NCBI GenBank assembly: GCA_964534315.1
Contig: CAZHOV010000142.1
Span: 1-14,445, forward strand
DNA length: 14,445 nt
Direction: 5' to 3'
From: an uncultured Saprospiraceae bacterium
GTDB taxonomy: Bacteria > Bacteroidota > Bacteroidia > Chitinophagales > Saprospiraceae
The notes under the pieces were generated by a model. That model did not search any database. It saw nothing but the letters and a program-made list of their open reading frames with translations, and was not told the origin of the DNA. The position numbers were made by a program, and so were the translations under genes. Below, piece after piece: positions 1-6,107 of this stretch. Each line of letters begins with the position of its first letter. Position 1 is the first letter of the stretch.

Positions 1-44
1 GAAACACGAATAGTGTTTTGAAACACCCTCAAATAAGAACGTTT

Positions 45-90
45 GGTGCCTTGAAATACCAGAGGTGTTTTGAGGCACCCCCGGTAAGTT
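45..90 (+). terminator. Candidate intrinsic terminator hairpin, specific to the + strand transcript: 16-bp stem including 3 G-U pairs, AGA loop, then a moderately U-rich tract
   Basis: GGTGCCTTGAAATACC (45-60) pairs with GGTGTTTTGAGGCACC (64-79). The three non-Watson-Crick positions are G-U in the + RNA but C-A in the - RNA. It is followed by CCGGTAAGTTTTAATTTTTA. The gene it would terminate lies outside the window. Confidence 0.3.
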
Positions 91-138
91 TTAATTTTTA
101 AGGAAGAAGATTTGTTGGAGTAAGAGGCTCCTTCTTGT

Positions 139-2208
139 TTACTTCGCCACGACTACCTTTCTATTCATTACGTTGCCGTCTATTTCAATGCGGTAGACAT
201 AAATGCCATTAGCAAGGTCTGCAGCATCGGTAGTAAGGGAGTAAACGCCTCGGTCAATCTGTTGGTTAACCAGCTCTTTAACTACATTTCCAGCGGCATC
301 CAGCAATGTAATATTGACCATAGATCGCTTATTCAGTGCGTAATGAAGCGTATTTTGCTGATCAAAAGGGTTTGGATAAACGCCAAGGATCGCGAGGTTT
401 GGATTAGTCTTTATAGCTTCTACATTAGACACAAGGGGAGGATCATTAGGAGCTGGTTCGTCTTGTACTGCTTTTGGCGCACTCGGGCTGTCCGCTTCCT
501 GTAAATGATTTTCCGCATTAACGGTAAACCAGCTGGCATCAAAGGATTCATCATCTGAAGGCTCGCCGATTGGCGAAAAGAAAAAGTCTGCTTGTGCGGT
601 ATCTCCGGTAATATCAAGGATGTAATAACCATGCTCGATCAACTGGTTATATTTCATGTGTGGGTTCGGGTTACCGATGTTAATGGTATCATTGACTTGA
701 ATTCCTGTAGGGATATTGATAAGAGTTTGGATGGTAAGTGCGGTGACAAAATCTGTATTTTCATCAAAGTTTGCAGAGGAGATACTTGGCGTCGCAAATT
801 CTACGGCTACGGAGCCATCACCAGTAGTGGGATCGTAAGTAGGGCTTGGCTGATAGAAAGGAAAACCACCAAGAAAGTTGAGGTCAACAGGTTCTTTGGT
901 TACGTCGTAGGCAAAACTGGAGTGGAAATCACCGGTCAGGATTACTACATTGTCAATTCCTTCATCTTCGATAAGGGTAAGGATTTTTTCCCGTTCTGCC
1001 GGATAGCCATCCCAGATATCAAGGAAGAGGCTTTCTGTAGCTTCAAAAGTAGTGGAAGGGTCTACTCCAGCAAACCAGCCTACGTTTAGCTCAGAAAAGA
1101 TGACCTGGTTACCGATCACTTTCCATTTGGCAGTAGACTGACTAAGCTCGTTGGTAAACCAGTTAAATTGATCCTGGCCAAGAAGCGTGCGGTCCGCGCT
1201 ATACAATTCGGGAGCGGTAATATCTAAGATTTGAGAATCCCGCCCTTCCAATCGGGTATCGATCATGATCAAGTCGACTAAGTCACCGTATCTAATGGTT
1301 CGGTAGATCGAAGAATCCATATTTTCCCGGATAGGCATCCATTCGAAGTAAGCTGTTTTGGATACGGATTTACGTGTTTCCCAATCTCCTTCCCCTAGGT
1401 CAGGGTCGTGGTTTTCTGCACCGCCCGTCCAGGCATCATTGGCAGACTCATGATCATCCCATACAGCGATAAAGGGATGTTGTTGATGAGCGCGTACCAG
1501 GTTGGTATCCAGACGATAAGTAGAATAACGGGCTCTGTATTGCTCCAGCGTTACGATTTCTTCCATTGGATCAAGGGGGAGCTCATCAAAGAGCGAAGAA
1601 TCGCCGTAAACGCCATCGGCATATTCATAGATATAATCACCGAGGTGGATAATCGCATCAAGGTCAGTACGGTCGGCTAAGCGGTGATAAGCATTAAAGA
1701 AGCCTGCCTGGTAATTAGAACAGGAAACAACGCCAAATTTGAGATGGTCTACTGTTGCTCCGGTTGGAGCGGTTTTAGTTTTCCCGGTAAGGGAAGCTGC
1801 TCCAAGTGCTGTAAATCCGTAATAATAGGTAGTGCCGGCATCTAACCCTGTGACATCTATTTTTACAGTGTAATCGATGTTTTCGTCGGTAGTGAACGTA
1901 CCGGAAGCAACCACATTGCTAAGTTCTGTATCGGTAGCAACTTTCCACTCTACCTCTATCGGGTCGTTATTCATATCTTCCGGAGTAACACGCGTCCAAA
2001 TGATCACGCGATCTTGGAGTGGATCACCGGAGGCGACACCATGGTAAAAAGGCGCCCAATCGGGGTTAAAGCCACTGGTACCAGAACGGTCAAAAGCTCT
2101 GGAGTGATCGATAAGGGTTGTTGAAGAAGCTTTTTGCTGTTGCGCCGTTAGCAAAAACGGTAATAAAGTAAATAAAATAGAACTGATTAAGGTAAGACTC
2201 AATTTCAT
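139..2208 (-). CDS. phoD: PhoD-family alkaline phosphatase/phosphodiesterase with N-terminal signal peptide and a T9SS type-A C-terminal sorting domain
   Basis: 689 aa. The N-terminal signal peptide is MKLSLTLISSILFTLLPFLLTA. The PhoD_N hallmark GVASGDP...VIIWTRV is present. Metallophosphatase motifs IHLGDYIYEY and VWDDHE are present. The C-terminal ~80 aa (VYPNPF...GIYVYRIEIDG...K) match the Por_Secre_tail/TIGR04183-type T9SS C-terminal domain. Confidence 0.88.
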   Translation of the reverse strand: MKLSLTLISSILFTLLPFLLTAQQQKASSTTLIDHSRAFDRSGTSGFNPDWAPFYHGVASGDPLQDRVIIWTRVTPEDMNNDPIEVEWKVATDTELSNVVASGTFTTDENIDYTVKIDVTGLDAGTTYYYGFTALGAASLTGKTKTAPTGATVDHLKFGVVSCSNYQAGFFNAYHRLADRTDLDAIIHLGDYIYEYADGVYGDSSLFDELPLDPMEEIVTLEQYRARYSTYRLDTNLVRAHQQHPFIAVWDDHESANDAWTGGAENHDPDLGEGDWETRKSVSKTAYFEWMPIRENMDSSIYRTIRYGDLVDLIMIDTRLEGRDSQILDITAPELYSADRTLLGQDQFNWFTNELSQSTAKWKVIGNQVIFSELNVGWFAGVDPSTTFEATESLFLDIWDGYPAEREKILTLIEDEGIDNVVILTGDFHSSFAYDVTKEPVDLNFLGGFPFYQPSPTYDPTTGDGSVAVEFATPSISSANFDENTDFVTALTIQTLINIPTGIQVNDTINIGNPNPHMKYNQLIEHGYYILDITGDTAQADFFFSPIGEPSDDESFDASWFTVNAENHLQEADSPSAPKAVQDEPAPNDPPLVSNVEAIKTNPNLAILGVYPNPFDQQNTLHYALNKRSMVNITLLDAAGNVVKELVNQQIDRGVYSLTTDAADLANGIYVYRIEIDGNVMNRKVVVAK

Positions 2209-2407
2209 GTTTTCGATATTTAAATTTGGAAAATTTAACTCAATTAAATTGCAAAAGTCATGTTCCTACCTTAATTAGATATTATCTTAAGATTATGCTT
2301 GTATTAATTAGGAAAAAGCGGGAGTGATACTAATTTTAGTAAGCGTAATTTTGCCGATAGGATGCAATCATTTGTCGAACAATTCGTAAATGTTAATATT
2401 TTTAACT

Positions 2408-2415
2408 TAACTTTG
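2408..2415 (+). promoter_or_regulatory. Candidate Bacteroidetes sigma-A -7 element TAACTTTG for the nfeD-floT operon
   Basis: Exact match to the TAnnTTTG consensus, 73 nt upstream of the nfeD ATG. No clear -33 TTG was identified. Confidence 0.25.
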
Positions 2416-2487
2416 AACATTGAGGAGTTGAGTATTTTCAAGCGGACAGCATAGTGTAGAAATTATCAAAAAGCGCCAAGAACAATT

Positions 2488-3111
2488 ATGATTTTAATAT
2501 TTTTAGGAGACTGGTGGGATGCGTTGAGTGGAGTTCAACAGATATTTTGGGGGATTTCTATCGTGTTTAGTATCCTGTTTCTAATTCAGTTCGTATTGAG
2601 TTTGATCGGGTTGGATTTTGACAGTGATACGGATGTTGATGCGCATATACACACAGATATGAGTTCGGATACGGATTATTCTTTGGATCCGAGCTTCACT
2701 CTTTTCTCTGTGAGAAGTATTATTGCTTTTTTTACCTTTTTTGGTTGGACGGGAGTAATGGTGTTGAATTCCGGAGGATCAACATATGCAGCAATAGGTT
2801 TTGCTGCGCTTTCCGGGTTTGCGGCCATGTTTGTGGTTGGGTACATGATGTATATGTTTTCCAAGCTATCTGAAGAGGGAAAAGTGGATGTAAAAGAAGC
2901 GCTATACAATACCGGAGAGGTTTATCTACCCATTCCTGCCAATAAGAATGGGACCGGGAAAATACACATAAAGGTTTCGGGTACACTACGTGAAGTAGAG
3001 GCAGTAACGGACGGAGATGCTATTCCGACAGGATCTTCGGTAAAAGTGGTTGATGTACTGAACGACAATGTGCTATTAGTAGAACCAAAAGAAAAGCTAT
3101 TACTTGAATAA
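2488..3111 (+). CDS. nfeD: NfeD-like short membrane protein (YuaF-like) with C-terminal OB-fold, partner of flotillin
   Basis: 207 aa with two hydrophobic segments separated by an Asp-rich loop (DFDSDTDVDAHIHTDMSSDTDYSLD). The C-terminal beta-barrel-like segment is GEVYLPIPANKNGTGKIHIKVSGTLREVEAVTDGDAIPTGSSVKVVDVLNDNVLLVEP. It lies 35 nt upstream of and on the same strand as a flotillin gene, matching the conserved nfeD-SPFH operon arrangement. Confidence 0.75.
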   Translation: MILIFLGDWWDALSGVQQIFWGISIVFSILFLIQFVLSLIGLDFDSDTDVDAHIHTDMSSDTDYSLDPSFTLFSVRSIIAFFTFFGWTGVMVLNSGGSTYAAIGFAALSGFAAMFVVGYMMYMFSKLSEEGKVDVKEALYNTGEVYLPIPANKNGTGKIHIKVSGTLREVEAVTDGDAIPTGSSVKVVDVLNDNVLLVEPKEKLLLE

Positions 3112-3146
3112 AAAAATATTTGTTTCACCTCAAAATATACTTGCTT

Positions 3147-4580
3147 ATGGAAATCGCTGTTGTTGTTATTGTCGGACTCGTAGGGCTCTTTTTTCTAATG
3201 GTATTATTTTTTATATCGAGGTATAAACGTTGCCCTTCCGATAAGATTTTGGTTATTTACGGACGGACGGGATCGGGTTCTGCAAAATGCCTGGCAGGTG
3301 GAGCTGCTTTTGTTTGGCCGGTTATCCAAGACTATGAGTATCTGGATTTAACTCCTATATCAATTGATATTGACTTGAAGGGAGCATTGAGTAAGCAAAA
3401 TATCCGCGTTGCCGTTCCTTCTCGTTTTACTGTTGGTATTTCTAATGACGAGGGAATTATGCTAAATGCTGCTGAGCGATTATTGGGAAAAACATATAAT
3501 GAAATCCGGGATATAGCCAAGGACATCATTTTTGGGCAGCTTAGGTTGGTCGTTGCAACTATGGATATTGAAGAGATCAATTCGAATAGGGACAAATTTC
3601 TTTCTAACGTATCAACAAATGTTGGTGCAGAGCTAAGGAAGATCGGCCTTCACCTGATTAACGTTAACGTAACAGACATTCACGATGAATCAGGCTATAT
3701 TGAAGCGCTTGGGAAAGAAGCTGCAGCCAAGGCCATTAATGAGGCCAAAATTATTGTTGCCGAGAAGAATCGCGAAGGGTCTATTGGTGAAGCTAATGCT
3801 AAGCGCGATGAACGGATTTCTGTATCATCAGCTCAGGCAGATGCAAAAGTCGGGGAAGCCAGCGCCAATGCCAAAGCTATTGATGGTGAAAATGAAGCTT
3901 CTATCAAAATCGCGGAATCGAATGCAGAAAGAAGACAACGGGAGGCTGAGTTTTTGAAGCTTGCTACCGCCAGTGAGAAAATTCAGGCGGCAAAAGCATT
4001 GGAAGAAGCTTATTTGGCTGAGCAAGAAGCTGAAGAGGCAAGGGCAAAACTAGAGAAGGCAACGAAAGAAGCTGATATTATCGTAAACGCAGAAATAGAA
4101 AAACGCCGACTTGAAATAGAAGCCGAAGCAGAGGCAGAACAGATGAGAAGACTTGCCAGAGGGGAAGCTGATGCAATCTTTCTCAAAAAAGAAGCGGAAG
4201 CCCGTGGTCTGTTTGAAGTGCTTCAGCGACAAGCCGAAGGTTTTGAAAAGATCGTGGATGCCGCTAACGATAATACCCGAGACGCAGTACTAATGATGAT
4301 CGCTGATAAGCTTGAAGATCTTGTTAAAACGCAAGTCGAAGCGATTAAGAATATTAAGATCGATAAAGTTACTGTCTGGGAAGGCGGTAATAATAAAGAA
4401 GGCGAAGGAAATTCTACTTCCAAATTTGTCTCCGGACTGTATAAATCGGTACCGCCTTTAAGCGACTTGTTTAACATGGCCGGGATGGACCTTCCCAAAT
4501 ATCTGGGAGATAAAAACGGTAGCGAAACGGAAGACGCACCGCATACGGAGGTTAAAGATGAACAAGAAGGTGGCTCATAA
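3147..4580 (+). CDS. floT: Flotillin-like SPFH/band-7 protein (FloT/YuaG-like)
   Basis: N-terminal hydrophobic hairpin followed by RYKRCPSDKILVIYGRTGSG...GGAAFVWPVIQDYEYLDLTP. An SPFH core is present, with a long Ala/Glu-rich coiled-coil (EAEEARAKLEKATKEADIIVNAEIEKRRLEIEAEAEAEQMRRLARGEAD). The ORF track begins at TTG 3120, but the in-frame ATG at 3147 (MEIAVVV...) is the more plausible start. Confidence 0.85.
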   Translation: MEIAVVVIVGLVGLFFLMVLFFISRYKRCPSDKILVIYGRTGSGSAKCLAGGAAFVWPVIQDYEYLDLTPISIDIDLKGALSKQNIRVAVPSRFTVGISNDEGIMLNAAERLLGKTYNEIRDIAKDIIFGQLRLVVATMDIEEINSNRDKFLSNVSTNVGAELRKIGLHLINVNVTDIHDESGYIEALGKEAAAKAINEAKIIVAEKNREGSIGEANAKRDERISVSSAQADAKVGEASANAKAIDGENEASIKIAESNAERRQREAEFLKLATASEKIQAAKALEEAYLAEQEAEEARAKLEKATKEADIIVNAEIEKRRLEIEAEAEAEQMRRLARGEADAIFLKKEAEARGLFEVLQRQAEGFEKIVDAANDNTRDAVLMMIADKLEDLVKTQVEAIKNIKIDKVTVWEGGNNKEGEGNSTSKFVSGLYKSVPPLSDLFNMAGMDLPKYLGDKNGSETEDAPHTEVKDEQEGGS

Positions 4581-4587
4581 CACCTTT

Positions 4588-4623
4588 GGAGGCTCAAAAC
4601 ACAAAAAAGTGCTTTGAGCCTCC
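4588..4623. terminator. Bidirectional intrinsic terminator between the convergent floT and phhA genes
   Basis: GGAGGCTCAAA (4588-4598) and TTTGAGCCTCC (4613-4623) form an 11-bp perfect stem with a 14-nt A-rich loop. It sits in the 47-nt gap between the floT stop (4580) and the phhA stop (4628). Confidence 0.55.
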
Positions 4624-4627
4624 TTCA

Positions 4628-5356
4628 TTAAGCCGCATTTCTACTCCATTTGATCTGCTTTTCCAACCCGCCTAGCGAATCGAACAACTGGTCATAATTT
4701 TCCAATATGAAATACTTACCTTGTAACTGATCCTTTCTAAAAGGGGTTTGAATAATTTGCTCAATGGAATATGCCTTTTTTTCTTGATGGTCTGTAAATA
4801 TTGACTTGGACTCTAGAAAGGAAGACAGTATCCCTGCCCCGTAAATTCGTAGTCCTTCTCGTTCACGGATGAGCCCGAATTCAATGGTAAACCAATAGAA
4901 TTTTTCTAATTGTTCCATGTAAGGTGCCAGTGCTGTAGATCTAACACCCAACTGGCCAAACTCCTGAAGGAAACAGGCATAATCCGGGTCTGCCAGTAGT
5001 GGAATATGACCAAAGATATCATGAAACATATCAGGTTCTTCCAGGTAATCCAACTGCTTTTTGGAGCGCAGCCAGGTAGAGGAGCAGAATTTCCGTTCCG
5101 CTAATAATTCAATAAAGGTTTTTGCCGGAATAAGCCCCGGTACAACGTGGATCGACCAGCCCGTCTTATCCATCAAATAACGATTTAGATGATCAAAGTC
5201 CGGGATTTTTTCCTCGAATAAGACAGACTTCATCTCCTCCAGGTGATGAAGATACCGTTGGCTTGCTTTGTCTTGAAGGTTCTCCTGTTGGCGACCAAAT
5301 AAAATCTGCCATACTTCATGGTTCTCTTTGGTGTACGCATCATACTGCTGTTTCAT
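4628..5356 (-). CDS. phhA: Phenylalanine-4-hydroxylase, monomeric bacterial type (biopterin-dependent aromatic amino acid hydroxylase)
   Basis: 242 aa. The iron-binding motif PDMFHDIFGHIPLL (HDxxGHxP) and downstream conserved residues are typical of bacterial PAH. No phhB (pterin-4a-carbinolamine dehydratase gene) is adjacent. Confidence 0.9.
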   Translation of the reverse strand: MKQQYDAYTKENHEVWQILFGRQQENLQDKASQRYLHHLEEMKSVLFEEKIPDFDHLNRYLMDKTGWSIHVVPGLIPAKTFIELLAERKFCSSTWLRSKKQLDYLEEPDMFHDIFGHIPLLADPDYACFLQEFGQLGVRSTALAPYMEQLEKFYWFTIEFGLIREREGLRIYGAGILSSFLESKSIFTDHQEKKAYSIEQIIQTPFRKDQLQGKYFILENYDQLFDSLGGLEKQIKWSRNAA

Positions 5357-5380
5357 AACAGAGGGTTTAGATTAGTGATT

Positions 5381-5414
5381 AAAAACAAAAAACCCGGCTC
5401 CTTTCGGAACCGGG
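5381..5414 (-). terminator. Strand-specific intrinsic terminator/attenuator hairpin in the phhA 5' leader
   Basis: The minus-strand RNA reads CCCGGUUCC-GAAA-GGAGCCGGG. This is a 9-bp stem with one G-U and a GAAA tetraloop, followed by UUUUUUGUUUUU. It ends 24 nt before the phhA ATG. On the + strand the G-U becomes a C-A mismatch and there is no U-tract. Confidence 0.6.
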
Positions 5415-5441
5415 TTTTTCGGTGAATGATCGTATAAAGAG

Positions 5442-5521
5442 CAATCTATACTATTACTTACCTACTCTACTGGGTTCCCAAAGGGTGGTAGAATAATAGC
5501 AATAGTAATAAGTATAGATTG
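5442..5521 (-). promoter_or_regulatory. 80-nt imperfect inverted repeat (candidate attenuator 1:2 stem) overlapping the Tyr codons and stop codon of the leader ORF
   Basis: CAATCTATACT (5442-5452) and AGTATAGATTG (5511-5521) pair perfectly over 11 bp. ATTACT (5453-5458) pairs with AGTAAT (5504-5509), leaving a 1-nt bulge. TCTAC (5466-5470) pairs with GTAGA (5488-5492) around a central loop. Confidence 0.45.
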
Positions 5522-5534
5522 GTGCTTTTTTCAT
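5454..5534 (-). CDS. Candidate Tyr-codon-rich leader peptide (26 aa: MKKAPIYTYYYCYYSTTLWEPSRVGK) for attenuation control of phhA
   Basis: ATG at 5532-5534 (- strand) and TAA at 5454-5456. Six Tyr codons (TAT/TAC) occupy codons 7, 9, 10, 11, 13 and 14. The ORF lies between an AT-rich promoter region and the terminator hairpin upstream of phhA. It is too short to appear in the ORF track. Confidence 0.45.
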   Translation of the reverse strand: MKKAPIYTYYYCYYSTTLWEPSRVGK

Positions 5535-5575
5535 TACGCTCTCAATATAAGAGAAATTCAAGAAAAAAAATACAA

Positions 5576-5615
5576 AACAATTTATTTTATTTTTTTAAAA
5601 ATAAAATAAATTGTT
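5576..5615. repeat. Perfect 19-bp AT-rich inverted repeat with a 2-nt spacer (AACAATTTATTTTATTTTT-tt-AAAAATAAAATAAATTGTT)
   Basis: Read directly from the sequence. It lies in the divergent region between the phhA leader (ATG at 5534, -) and the Rpn-like fragment start (ATG 5647, +). It overlaps the TTG that the ORF track used as the start at 5611. Confidence 0.85.
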
Positions 5616-5646
5616 TAATTTTACAGAATCCTTTAAACCACATGCT

Positions 5647-5922
5647 ATGGAAAACAAGCCCTTTGATAAGATCTTGAAAGAAAATCTGGAAGCGTTAGTC
5701 ATTCCTTTAACTAAAAAGTTATTGGGATTTCAAATTGTTCGATCAAAACAATTGACAGAGAAATTACAAACTACGGTTGAGAGAGAACCTGATTTTATAC
5801 GCATTATCGAAACCGATAAGGAAGAAAAATTTATTCTCCATTTGGAGTTTCAAACTGCAAACGATCCGGAAATGGAGTTTCGACAAGCTGAGTATAAAAT
5901 ACACTGTAACCTAAATTTCTAA
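5647..5922 (+). pseudogene. N-terminal fragment of an Rpn/YhgA-like PD-(D/E)XK nuclease family putative transposase, truncated after the catalytic-core motif
   Basis: The fragment reads MENKPFDKILKENLEALVIPL...FILHLEFQTANDPEMEFRQAEYKI. This matches the h-h-E-h-Q ... M..R...Y core of Rpn-family proteins. It stops about 10 residues later, where full-length homologues continue for ~200 aa. Confidence 0.5.
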
Positions 5923-5968
5923 ACATTTTGAAGCCATCTTTTTACCCAATACTTCGTTGCGTACTCGC

Positions 5969-5990
5969 CTTCATAGCTCAGGCTATGAGG
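5969..5990. other. GC-rich hairpin (stem TCATAGC/GCTATGA extended by two pairs, loop TCAG) inside a ~55-nt GC-rich island within AT-rich spacer
   Basis: Read directly from the sequence. It lies exactly in the gap where the Rpn-like reading frame is lost. Confidence 0.4.
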
Positions 5991-6107
5991 CTGCGCCGAC
6001 GCCTCGTCTTGTGTAAAAATCTGGTGGTTCAAAATATTCATTAACTTAAATTACAGTGTAATAAAGCTATTTTACAACGAAAATATAAAATCCCCGTTCG
6101 GCAATTT

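Noticed and set aside
13-80. CRISPR-like direct repeats GTGTTTTGAAACACCC and GTGTTTTGAGGCACCC
   Set aside because: There are only two direct copies 52 nt apart, with an inverted copy between them. There are no further repeats or cas genes. They are better explained as hairpin and half-site elements.
81-138. Terminator for phoD on the - strand (AAGAAGGAG...CTCC...CTTCTT)
   Set aside because: The stem is short and interrupted, and it is followed by an A-rich rather than U-rich tract on the - strand. It is too weak to call.
262-2208. Plus-strand ORFs 262..504, 592..1089 and 1408..1680, and minus-strand ORF 420..632, inside the phoD locus
   Set aside because: They overlap a strongly supported 689-aa PhoD CDS on the other strand or in another frame. 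They have no recognisable motifs and are typical shadow ORFs.
2362-2454. 30-codon ORF (MQSFVEQFVNVNIFNLTLNIEELSIFKRTA) upstream of nfeD
   Set aside because: It lies in an AT-rich divergent promoter region and overlaps the candidate -7 box. It has no regulatory-codon bias and no associated terminator. It is likely a chance ORF.
3120-3146. TTG start at 3120 for the flotillin ORF
   Set aside because: The in-frame ATG at 3147 gives the canonical flotillin N-terminus (MEIAVVVIVG...). The 9 extra residues are unsupported.
2676-4597. Minus-strand ORFs 2676..2909, 2732..2986, 2922..3128, 3332..3595, 3828..4025, 4050..4232 and 4223..4597, and plus-strand ORF 3685..3957, within nfeD/floT
   Set aside because: They are antisense or out-of-frame overlaps of well-supported genes. 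Their low-complexity translations come from the Ala/Glu-rich coiled-coil coding region.
5955-6010. Possible tRNA, because of the TAGCTCAG D-loop-like string
   Set aside because: The GC-rich segment is only ~55 nt. It has no T-arm (no GTTCRANYC-like motif), no 7-bp acceptor stem and no anticodon arm. The hairpin present is a simple 9-bp stem.
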